From: Azolla caroliniana
Lineage: Eukaryota > Plantae > Polypodiophyta
Direction: 5' to 3'
Length of the DNA: 64,000 nucleotides
Assembly (NCBI GenBank): GCA_043228905.1
Contig: JBHGNT010000008.1
Span: forward strand, 3,038,001 to 3,102,000
A program made the translations under genes and the position numbers. Positions 24,770-36,799 of this stretch are shown piece by piece. The notes beneath the pieces were generated by a model, which saw only the letters and a program-made list of their open reading frames with translations, did no database searches and was not told where the DNA came from. Position 1 is the stretch's first letter, and each line of letters begins with the position of its first letter.

Positions 24770-25080
24770 CAGTACGCTAAGTTGAATTGTTAGTATGTTT
24801 AGACTCTGAAACGTCTTCTAATTCAACAAGTTGCCCTGCGTCTTCATCTATAGTTCCACAAGTTTTCTAAAAGTCATCTGGAACATCTAAGTTTTATTGA
24901 TATGCTTTGCCCCAACTTCTTGGTCTTGATCAGGACAACCCCAGATACCTTGGATCCTCATTTTGATGACATTAACTTGCTCAAGGTCCTTCTCTAATGC
25001 AACAGAGTTCCTGATAATCTTTAAGGCGTATGTTTTAGTAGTACATGACAGTAGAATGAAATTGCACAGGTAACATCAAA
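24770..25080 (-). pseudogene. Decayed coding remnant inside the TIR element, possibly a transposase C-terminus
   Basis: One minus-strand frame reads MLPVQFHSTVMYY*NIRLKDYQELCCIREGP*...EDPRYLGLS*SRPRSWGKAYQ*NLDVPDDF*KTCGTIDEDAGQLVELED; several stops are compatible with single C>T or G>A changes. Confidence 0.3.
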
Positions 25081-25203
25081 CTGAAGAATAGAATATAACG
25101 TTAATCTAAATTGATGTAAGTTTTATATTATATACCTGTGTCAGAAAACTAATCTAAAACCCATTGAAAATTTGAAATAATAAAATTTGAAAAAATAAAA
25201 AAT

Positions 25204-27070
25204 CTTGGATTTTTAATTGGAATCCAATGCGATGCACTAGATTTCAATTGAAAATCCAAGTTTTTTTTTTTTGTAATTTTTAAAAAATTTTCCATTAAAA
25301 AATAAAAAATGGATTTTCAGCTAAAATTCTGTGCACTACATTATATTTTAGTATATATAGCTAGAATCTAATGCAATGCGTTGGATTAGAGTCAAAATTC
25401 CATTTTTCTTTTTTCTTTTTCCAATGTTATTTATTTATTTATTTTCCATATAAAAAAATAATAAACTGCTTTTCAACTGAAATCTGATACACTACATCAG
25501 ATCGTAGTCTATACAGCTAGACATTGATGCATTGCATCAGATTTTAGCTGGCAATCCTCTTTCTTTTCAATTGTTTTTCATTTTTTCAAAAAATAAATAA
25601 AAATATATTAAAAAAGTGGATTTCCAATTGAAATCTAATGCACTACATCGAATTTCAATTAAAAATCCAAATTTCTTTTAGGTTTTTCATAAAACAATGA
25701 GATAATAAAAAAATATTACATTTTCAACAAAATCTGAACCATTGAGTCGGATTTCAATTGCAAATTAATGTTTTATGAAAAAACATAAGAAAAATATTGG
25801 ACTTTCAACGGAAATCCGATGCACTGCATCGGATTTTTGTTGAAAACACATCATTTTAAATGGAAAAAATTACAATTTGTTTATTTTTAACACTTTTTTA
25901 GAGAAAAATATAAACAAATAAGAAAATTTGTAAACAAACAAGAAAAAGTGGACTTTCAATGGAAATCCGATGCAGTGCATCGGATTTCCGTTGAAAATCC
26001 ATTTTTTTCAATTCCTATATATTTATTTATGATAAAAACAAAAACAATTCAAAACAAATACAAAAACAAATTCAAAATATCTGAAAAATTGGAAACAAAT
26101 AAGACAAAATGGATTTTCAATAGAAATCCGGTGTAGTGCATCGGATTTCTGTTGAAAACCCATTTTTTGCAATTTTTATTTATTTATTTATGGGAAAAAA
26201 TGAAAAAAAAAATTAAAATACAAAAAAATATTTTAAAATATGAAAATTTGGTAACAAATAGCAAAAAGTGGACTTTCAATAGAAATCCGATGCATTGCAT
26301 CGGATTTCCTTTGAAAATTCATTTTTTCATTTTCTATATAGTTATTTATGAGAAAATAGACAAACAAAACACCAAAAAAATTCGAAAAACTATGAAAATT
26401 TGGATTGAAAATCTATTTTTTCAATATTTATTTATCTTTTATAGAAAAAATTCCATTGAAAATCTATTTTTTCAATATTTATTTATTTTTTATAGAAAAA
26501 AAAATTTCAAAAAAATTCAAATAAAAAAGCAAATTTGGAAAAAAATACGTAAAAGTGGACTTTCAACCAAAATCCGATGCAGTGCATTGGATTTCCGTTG
26601 AAAATCCATGTTTTCAATTTTTATTTATTTTTTTTTTGGAAAAATAAAAACAAATTAAAAAACAATTAAAAAAATAAGAAAATTTTCAAAAAAATAAGAG
26701 AAATTGGATTTTCAATTGAATCTGATGCACGGAATTGGATTTCCATTGAAATCTAATTTTTCAATTTTTATTTATTTATTCACGAGTAAAATAAAAAATG
26801 TTTATTTATTTATTTATGGGAAAATGTTTTATTTTTTCAATTTGTATTTATTTATGTATTTTCGGGAAATCCATGCAATGTATCATATTTTAGTCTATGT
26901 AGCTAGAATTCAATGCAATGCATTAAAATGCAAGAGTATTTTTTTAATGGAAATTTAAAAAAAAAATCCAAGACTTACAGGAATCTGATGCATTATATCC
27001 AATTCTAGATGTATAGAGTAAAATTCGACATGTTGCGTCAAATCTAGATGGAATGAATCGGATTTCTGTA
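25204..27070. repeat. Array of ~13 palindromic ~55-bp units separated by A/T-tract spacers
   Basis: Example 25948-26002: GTGGACTTTCAATGGAAATCCGATGCA-G-TGCATCGGATTTCCGTTGAAAATCCAT; related copies near 25204, 25309, 25468, 25616, 25719, 25798, 26108, 26268, 26555, 26704, 26864, 26975. Confidence 0.9.
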
Positions 27071-29596
27071 CGACATCAAAGGCTTACTATGAGAATCTAA
27101 GAAAAATGGAAAACATCTTTAAGACATTTTTTAGATTCTAATGATTTTGGTAGAAAGCTTCTCTCACATAATCTAATCTTGTAAATGGAAAGTACATAAT
27201 GAAATATCATAACCAAAAAGTGAGGAGGAAAGATGCATGAAGCACATCTACTCTTACATTGGATAATGTTTATATATTAGGTTATGACTTATCTTTGACC
27301 AAAACAAGTTATCTGTGATAGACCACAATGAAGATACTAAAAGAGGATCTGGAATGTGGCTTCAGACACAACACAAAGACAAACAAGAAGCATGACTCAT
27401 AAACTCGATGAGGTTGGATTGCAATTGGATCAACACAATGCATTAGTTGCCATTGATGATGAGGATGAGACCTCATAAACTCGTACTAGTTCATCTAATG
27501 GGTATGAAGATGATAACATAAACTTGAAAAATGATTGTCCTGATACGTTAACTATAAATATTGTATTGCACATCAAGATTTGGATTCAGAATTTCTATAA
27601 ATATTGGGGTTAGTCATTTTGGACATTCATTTGTAAGTTTGGCATGTCCATTATTTAGGCATTTTTTTGAACACCTAAATTTCGGTACATGTTAAAAATC
27701 AATATATTTTTGGGTCATTTTTAAAATTCCTTTACGCATGCGGCACCCCTTTTTGTGAATCACCCTAATTTGTGTCATTTTTTGATGGACAGTTCTCAAA
27801 ATGCGACATATTACCTGTTTCAAATGTCCCGGTGTTTACGTTTCTTTAGTGGAATTTTTCGGGCATGGGAAATTCTTCGGCAAGCACTTGTTTTCGTGCC
27901 ACCGAAAAATTATCATCAATTCATGCATCAACCTTTAATATGGAATCCTTTATTTACTGACGAAGCTGCATGTGTTTTGGGTCTACGACCGAGGTTATCT
28001 TGGGCGGCAATGGATAGTGGGCCAACCCGTACAGTTGCGGATTGGATAAAGTTTTTACAAACTTCAGCACACGACCAAAAGAATATGTTGTCTAATTTAA
28101 GAAGGGCAAGGATAATGTTCTCTCAATTGTCCATGGTGTATCAGGTCACACTACCAACTTTGCAGTTTGATCATTTTCAAAGTTGGTACGGTATGTTTTC
28201 GACATTTAATATACTTATAGGAGCTCGTTTATATCATCATAATGGCAATTTAAATTGTTATGAAGTTTTGGACAATGGTAGATTGATATTAGTGGCGGAG
28301 GAGTCTCCAATTATGTCCAATGCAAAGCAGTTGCCAATGAGAGTAATTGCTAGATTAGATAATAAAAAATTGATCGATCCTAGTCTGTTAATTGCTAATT
28401 ATGCATCTCATATTTGGGTTTTACACTCTAGGCCACTTGTCGATCTACAGTGGGACCCATCAGATTATGGTTGGAAATTGTCCATGTTTGACACAACGAA
28501 TAAGATCCTTCCATTCTTCTAATATTCGGTGGTGTTGGGTAGAAACTTTATGTTGAATCAGAGCGAGTCGGTCCCAACGGGAAAAAAATATTGGGAGGAA
28601 GGTAATGTCTCGTCGTCTCATATGCGGATGTTTTGGAAACGGTTTGGGTAACTAAATGTATGAATAAGATATTGCATTTTTGTTGTTCGATGATTCATTA
28701 TGCATTGCTAGTAGGTGAACTATTGAGGGGTTCAGTGCGTGATTGGTCATGTGTTATGTGTGGGTTTGCATCTGAGTCATTGCATCATGTATTTTGGGAA
28801 TGTGTGTTCGCTAAAAGGTTTTGGTTTCGAATTCTTAGGCTTTTAGATCGTAAGTATACCTCGGCTTTCTTCACGTGGGGTGCAGTCTTTTGGGGAATGT
28901 TGGATCAACAAACGGCCTTTTATCATTATCAACATTCTTCTTTTTCTTTACATGTGAGAAGTTTTCAAGTATATGCTAGTTCAAGTTCCTTGCAGGGAAT
29001 CAAGTTCTTCTCGTGGAGTTATGTTTGGCAAATTGTTTCCTCTTTGGGTTTATGGGTTCTTTGGAAAGCTAGGTGTTCCAAACTATACAAGGATGAAAAT
29101 ACTCATGTTGTAGAACAAGTTAAGTCTTTTTGGGACCTATTGGTACATACGATTAAAGGTGATTGTGATAGTTGTAAGGGATTAGGAAACACAACTAGTC
29201 GAAAAAGAAGGAGAATTAGAAGAGTTTGGTCATCTATTCCTATCATGTTGGATGCAAAGGCTAATGTCAAGTGGAATTACATACCACCTCGTTGGTTGTT
29301 CCCGCCACCAGCACCGTCCTTAGAGCACACAACATGAATCAACATGGAAGAGGTGATTTTGACACATAGCAAGAGTCTTTTCATAAAAGAAGCTTCTTGC
29401 GGTAATCTCCGATAGGATTGGTGTGGATAGTAAAGCAAATGCTTTAGCTTAGATAGGGATGATTGATAATGATGCTTTACCTTAGATAGGGATGCCTAAT
29501 AATGATTTTCATAAGGAGAGGAGAGTGTGCATTCATGTTTGTTTCTATAGGTTTAAGCTATTGGGGATACTCGATGACAATGAGCTGATTGATGGG

Positions 29597-30400
29597 GATT
29601 TTCGTGGACATTGGCAAGATGCTAATCGGCGAGATGGCTGATGTGGACTAAATGGAGAAATTTTTCTGTGATAAGGATGAGTGAAGATTGGGGGGGGGGG
29701 GTCGAAGCCGACTATCATGAGTGGGTGAGGAAACTTTTAGACTAATTTTTGTTTTTAATACAGGTTTTCCGTGGACATTGGCAAGATGCAAATCGGCAAG
29801 ATGGCTGATGTGGACTTAATGAAGAATTGTTTTTTGTGATAAGGATGAGGGAAGATGGTGGGGGGGTTGTAGCCGACTATCATGAGTGGGTGGGGAAACT
29901 TTTAGACTAATTTTTTGTTGTTAATACAAGATTTTCGTGGACATTGGCAAGATGCTAATCGGCGAGATGGCTGATGTGGACTGAACGAAGAAATTTTTTT
30001 CTGTGATAAGGATGAGTGAAGATGATGGGGAGGTTGAAGCCGACTATCATGAGTGGGTGAGGAAACTTTTACACTAATTTTTTGTTGTTAATACAAGATT
30101 TACGTGGACATTGGCAAGATGCTAATCGACGAGATGACTGATGTGGACTGAATGAAGAAATTTTTCTGTAATATGGATGAGTGAAGATGGTGGGGGGGTC
30201 GAAGCAAACTATCAAGAGTGGGTGAGGAAACTTTTGGACTAATTTTTTGTTATTAACACTGGATTTTCGTGGACATTGGCATTGGCATTGGCAAGATGTT
30301 AATCAGCGAGATGACTGATGTGGACTGAATAAAGAATTTCTTCTGTGATAAGGATGAATGAAGATGGTGGGGGGGTCGAAGCTAACTATCATGAGTGGGT
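29597..30400 (+). repeat. ~165-bp tandem repeat, about 5 units, in the LINE 3' UTR
   Basis: GATTTTCGTGGACATTGGCAAGATGCTAATCGGCGAGATGGCTGATGTGGACT...CCGACTATCATGAGTGGGTGAGGAAACTTTT; units start near 29597, 29764, 29929, 30097, 30262. Confidence 0.93.
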
Positions 30401-33400
30401 AGATGATTGTGGTGTAACTGGCGCATGGCTGTTGTGAGAATGTGAAGGTTGTGATAAACCAGAGTGTTGATGGTATGGAGATTCAATACATGGTCGTTTC
30501 GACATAGGAGAGGATAGATGGGGGTTGTCCAAGGCGGCCAATCATGTTTTACCTCAAGCGGCATGTGCATCATGGGCTGCTTTGGTGTCTTCAACTACAA
30601 CAGATGAAGAAGGCCTTGATGTACAAAAATTTGTCAAAAGCAATATCTTGTGGACAAACAGGGTATATATGTTGAGCAGGACTACCAACAAACAAGGTGG
30701 ACAACCAGGGTATGTTGAGCATGACTACCAACAAGAAATGTATTCTCTTGGACTACGGGAATTTGTTTATATGTTGAGTATGGTTATGGGGAGATTGATG
30801 GTAGGGTTCCCGAGTATATCCCCTTTATATGTGGTATAGCAAAGGTGTTATTGGCAAGAGATTTGTTTTCATAGATTATAATTATCCTTATCTTGCCAAA
30901 TGCCATCACTTATATTTGGTCCTTTCTTTGATGATACTTGTAGAGATGGAAAATATTATATTCTATTTGTATAGTGTCTCTGGCCTTTTTAATTTTAATA
31001 CCAATGGAGCATAATTTTTATGGAAAAAAACAAAAGATGCACATGTAGAGATCGATCCAAATTCCGCCAAAGCATCCCTTAACTCTGAAAAGGAGATGGA
31101 ATCGTATCATCCTTAAAGGCTTTGAAAGTATCTCAGATCTCACCCCCATTATCCCCAATCTCATCATTATCTTTAATAGAATCTAATGTTCTGACACAAT
31201 GTCATAGGAACAAATTTTTAAACTGTCGGCAATTGTCAATTGAAATCGAAGAAACCACAAATTGTCCTTGTTAATTTGAGATTGTCATTCACACACACAT
31301 ACAAATAGATAGGTAGGTAGATTATATTGTCATCTTCGGAGTTCAAATATGACCTATGAGACAAAAAAATATAACATTTTTATGGAATATATGTGATACT
31401 AATGAATGGCACAATTGAGAATGCATATTATGATTGTGAGAGAAATTTGTTCAAGGTTTGGGTTTGGTTGAAGATGTGAGGAAAGTGTAGTCAAATGTGA
31501 TCAAAGACAAAGTGTTTGTAATCAAAGTGTGATACTTAGATAAACTTGTTCATGGTTGTCTAGTCTCATCACCTGTGACCCAATGCCTCATGTCACATTG
31601 AAATAAACAGGAATTAAGTCATACGAAAGCAATGGTTTGGATGGTAGTTACGAGATGGGCTTTTACAATTATTGATGTGTGCAGCTTCCCCATTCGAAGA
31701 GAAATATGGTTTTGTAGTTAGGTGCAACATATGTAGTATAATGTGCGATGCATGAGACTCCACATTTTTCCCATGTTATGATACATTGGCATTGCAAAAA
31801 AAACCCCTTTTACAGAGGAATCTTTGGTGCATCCTGAAGCAATGTGTTGCATCCCATCTTCCAATTTAATTTTCCATAATTGTCATTAAATTAGAAGGCA
31901 AAAATTTGCAATTTTGGATCCTTTTGCCTACTTCTTGTGCAATTCTAGAGAGAGACAAAGAGACTGAGAGATTTTCATTTTTACATAGCAGATTTGGGAT
32001 CGAGTGGTTACTCTTGATGGTTGAGAATTTTACTAATAAGCATCGCAATCAAGAAGTGCAATGTGTGATTGTGGGTGCACCGAATTGGCAAAGTGTGAAG
32101 CATGAGCTTCCACAATTTTCCCATGTCATGATACATTGGCCTCACAAAAAATGCCTCACTCACCGAGGAATCTGTTGATGCATATGAATCAAGTGCATTG
32201 CATCCCATATTCCAAACCATTTTTCATATGTTGCATTCAACCATTTTGTCATCAATGTGAGGGACTTTTTTGAGTCGTAAGCAGCGAAACTTATACTCTA
32301 CAACTCTTTCCATGACCATGATCTCGATGGAAAGTGATGCTTTCTCAAGAGTAGGATGGTGTATAATGTTTGTTTCTCAGCTTGGAGAAAGTTTTTACGA
32401 AAATGCTATTGCATATTTTCAAACTCTTTCCTAGCAAACTTAGGGATGTTATTTGCCCTATACTTTGACCCCATCGAGAAGTCCTATTGTCACCAAATTG
32501 TTGAAAAGGTAGGTCTTGAGGACCAAACATTTGATTTCTTCACTATTACATATGTTTTCAAATGGATAATAGGCTCTCTTTTCCCCTATATCCAACAAGT
32601 CCAAATTCGTTCTATATATTATTTGAGGGAACTTCAAGGCCAAGATATTTAAAGCTTTCCACAGTTTCAAGTGGCTCATTATTTTACATAATGCATGTTT
32701 TATCCTTTTTTGTGTGAGCGAGAGGATCCAACTTTAGAAAGGCGGATGGATACTTAACTTAATTCACGAAAGGAGGTATGTATTATAGAGATGGAAAGTG
32801 ACATAACAAGAAAAGGTAAAAAGAAACAATGCATTTCGATGGATGTAAGTGGTGAATTTGGCCCTAATGTCTTCATGTGCTATTGCAAATTACATGACAT
32901 GTATTTTGTTTTTTGAAAGATTCACACAACTTCAATGGAAAACTTGTACACATCAACATGGATAAAGGGGGAAGCAACTTTTGAAATGCTCGTCCGAAAC
33001 ATAACATACATTATAAAATTTAAGGATAATGGTATGTATATACATAGCTATATGTACATAAGTCATCATCATTGATCAATCACGAGTCATGACTCATGAC
33101 TATAGTCTGCCATGTAGGTTTCTAGTTAGTTGATATCATGATTTAGAAATAAATAGCATATAGAAATATGTGCAATATATATATATATATATTGCCAAGC
33201 AATTTATTCTTTTGTAACTCCATAGCAATGATTCATGAATTAAGGCAACAATGGAAGGATCGTCGGTAATTATGGGGAAACGCCTTCTCTCCTACTAACA
33301 ATTGGTTGTAAATTTTCATCCGTAGCAAACCAAACATTACTTATTGAGGATAAAAAATAATATTATTTGCCCATGGAACCAACTCATCAAACTTCAAATT

Positions 33401-36400
33401 TCTGAGATGAATCTTGTCAAGAATAAATTTTGAAACCAATTGTCTTAAAGATTCAAGTTTATCGATGTTTGTGAACGCCAATACATGAAATGAGACTAAC
33501 CTGGAATAGGCTATATGGGGCGAATATTTTGAAGTTTGGAAGGATATGAAGAAGAGAGGAATTGGATCATTGACAATAGCATAATGTTGATAAATGAATA
33601 TGCATGGGAATGTCATCAAATATCTCTAATATATTATGATGCTTCTCTAGTTAATATATTTTTCTCGTTGTATTGCATCAACAAGGTTTTTAGTCACTTT
33701 TACATTTTTTTTAATAACAAGCTATGAAAAACGAATTGCATGCACAATCTAATACTATTATTGTGATTTATGAATATATCTTATGTTTGTACCTTTGGAC
33801 AATTAACAAAGATTTTAGAATGTTAATGGACAACCAAGTTAAATATTTTACAATTCCAATAAGATTGGCATGTTTTAGAATAACACTACACGTCCCATGA
33901 AACAATAGGTTGCATGTCAAATCCCAACGGTGGTCACGATAGGGGAAATCATGAAAGCTTGTAAGGATCGGGAATAACACAACCCCTTCACCCTTATGCA
34001 ATTATTTCATCAATTCATTCATAATTTACTCCCTTCAAGAATCGACCCAGGAAATCACAAAAACTCAGGCATTGTTGGGAATTTAAAGAAGACCTTGAGA
34101 CTACTTTGAAGTTTCTCCACACTTTTTACTTTAAAGCATGCTAAGGATTAGGTTTGGTTCATTTGCATGTGTTTGCATATACGTTATGTCGACTTTGCAA
34201 GGTGGCTCGAAGCCCTTGAGTGACTCAATTGTCTCATAAATATGGTGACATTAGATTCAGTAAATTTTACTACTTGGAACCATAACATTTGACCCATCAA
34301 TTAGTCGCCTAAATTATAAGGTGCTCATGTTATGGACTCGACCATATTTTGAATGCCACTTAAGGTAGCATATTCTAACTAGTTAAGTATGTTCTACTCC
34401 AAATAAGAATTGGTAATGGAAATTTTTGGATTAAATGGAATATCTTTGTCCTTTTTGCCATAGTAACAAAAATATGTGTATTAAAAAGAAGACATTGAAC
34501 TATAATAGTTTATCTGTTTACAAACACGAATCTAATGATATTAAAGAAGAGAATATTTGTCGATTGTAAAAATATGAATCTAGTGACAAGGGGGAAGGAG
34601 GGATATTAATGATGAAAAACACTTTGTTTTGGATATAGATATTAAAAAGGAGTCTGGACCATATCATTTAAAAGAGTGTGAAATATATGTCTTTCCGTTT
34701 CCCTTACAGTTATTTGAGTGGAAACTAGCATCAAGATGTTCCATGTTCCAAGCTACACTGATCATTATTTCAATATGATCAATTTCATCATTGATGTCTA
34801 GGGTTAAAAAAATTAATATGGTTACATCAGCTACTTTCTAAAAATAAAGTTAACCTGAATTACATCAATATTGATCATTTCGATCTTCTATTCATGAGGT
34901 TTTATTATATATCATTAATAATTATGTCATTGACCATTGTCTCCTACATAAAGATACCTATTGAGATATTGATCACGACAACAATATGATTCCTTGAGAG
35001 TGGCACTACGGAGACATGTATGCACATGCCCCTTTTCATTTGTTTCAATCAATTATAATTATCTTAACTCAAATGTCAAGCATTTTTTGCTTCAAAACCT
35101 TAGAGGTTCCATGTGTGTCAATTATGAAATGGATTGACCTTGATAATTTAGAGTAATTAGCTTCTTGTGTAGGAGTACCTTCACTAAGAATGAGCCATGC
35201 AACTATTTTATAATGCAGTTTGGTAGATGAATTTGTTGTAATGAGTAAATCATGCAATTAAAAAACATGTAGTGGTTTTTTGTGGATATAGACAATATGG
35301 CTTCAATACTAATATAAGTATTGGGAAGATGTGTTATTGATAGCCACCTTCCTTAATGGACCATGGTCATGTTGAAATTGCCTTCCAAATTGTTATCCAC
35401 AAGAAACTAGTAACGAATCATGTTAAAAGATTTCAACATTGTGGTAGATTTCATTGAACAAAATCAAGTGGAAACAAATAACTTAAGAGTACTAAAGCCA
35501 TCTATGTGTTGTCGACTTTGGTGCCAAGTTGTGAGGCTGCTTCTAATTTGATTGACTAAATGTCTTCTAAAACAACAATGATTTGGATGGTTAGACCAAA
35601 TAGGGTAGTTAATTAATGATGCAAATTTAGTGCCAACATCGCGATGGGCGACCACTCAAAAACCTATTCCGCTTTGAATTATCAACATTTAGGGCCCCTT
35701 CATAACAAGAATAGATCCTTAATAACTACCCAAAGCAAATTCATTCTTAGTTAGAGTTTCACCAACATTGTTTGTAATAAAACGCAAGTTTCATAAAACT
35801 TGTTTCTCTCATCTTAGAGTTTAGTTAGTGAAGCCAATTTCCTTATCTATATTCACCCTACTACTAGTGTGACAAACAAGGTATGAGCAAGAGAGAGGTT
35901 ATGGGGCGTGTTACGCGATGCGTTCATACCTTTATCATACAAATATAGCAAGCCCATGAGGAAAAAGTACTCAATTTAGAGTTTCATGTTAAAATGGAAT
36001 CCCATCCATATGTCGACGAGGCGAGAATTGCTATCCACAAATCTGGGCGATTTAACCCAAATGTATGCAACCAGATTTAACCCAAATGTATGCAGGTAGA
36101 CCATGGTCATCTAGAGTGTGGGGGATGATGGGTAATGGGCGCACGTGTGTATGGTTGCAACACTTGTTTAACAACACACAAATGATGTGATCTATTGTAA
36201 TGAGACATACAAGCCGAGGGCCGATAGATGGGAGCAGGTCAAGTCAAGTCAGGTCAGGTCAGGCAGGCGATGTATGTATATGTTCGCAAAACCACCTTTT
36301 TCAAGCAAAGCAGTGTGAGAGCCATGAGAGAGCAGAGTACAGATAGTGACTTAATGTAACTTAACTAACAAGCATTGGCGGAGAAGAGAGAGAGACATAT

Positions 36401-36799
36401 AGATAATCGAGGGATGAGGCTAAGGTCTCTCGGACAAAATCATGGATGTGAAGGAAGGAAAGAGGAGGTGAGGCTCATTTTCTTCTCTTTATCTAAACTT
36501 CATCCTCAAAAGGCCTTTCTTGCATTTCTTACCTCTCATTTTTTAGAACAAAAAAGGACCCCCCCAAGAAACAGAGCAAAAAGGAACAGAGCACTAGTAG
36601 AGATAGTGGATACAGTGAATGGACGGCCAGATTTGCATCGACCCACATCCGGTTTCTATCTGAACCGCCCAAAAAACAAAGCATTCTCTTTCTCTGTAGC
36701 TCGTGTGGATTGATTTCACCCTGTTCCTCTCTGCATTCTGATCGATAAGTCAGGGGAGAGAACAGAGCATCCTAGAACCCCTTTCATCCAAATTTCATC

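Larger units (their letters stand above)
19210..27836. mobile_element. TIR DNA transposon, non-autonomous or decayed, superfamily unassigned (~3.8 kb without the nested gypsy)
   Basis: 37-bp TIR AACACCGGG(T/A)CATTTGAAACAGGTAATATGTCGCATT at 19210-19246 and 27800-27836, one mismatch; 4-bp TSD TACG at 19206-19209 and 27837-27840; removal restores the LINE frame NVGSL-RFFSGIFRAWE. Confidence 0.9.
17931..31032 (+). mobile_element. 5'-truncated L1-like LINE, ORF2 pseudogene (own sequence 17931-19209 plus 27841-31032)
   Basis: RT motifs WRPITLL, QTGF, LDFEKAY, RQGCPLAP, FVDD, GGLGL; zf-RVT-like CVMC...ESLHHVFWEC; A-rich tail; 18-bp TSD AAAGATGCACATGTAGAG at 17913-17930 and 31033-31050; several stops and frameshifts. 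Confidence 0.92.

Noticed and set aside
25948-26958. Lys/Ile/Phe-rich ORFs
   Set aside because: Translations of the palindrome array and its A/T tracts
25204-27070. True CRISPR array
   Set aside because: Eukaryotic context, no cas genes, ~55-bp degenerate repeats, and low-complexity mutually similar A/T spacers
31760-35800. Short ORFs and local duplications in the intergenic region
   Set aside because: No recognisable motifs; probably old TE debris that I cannot assign
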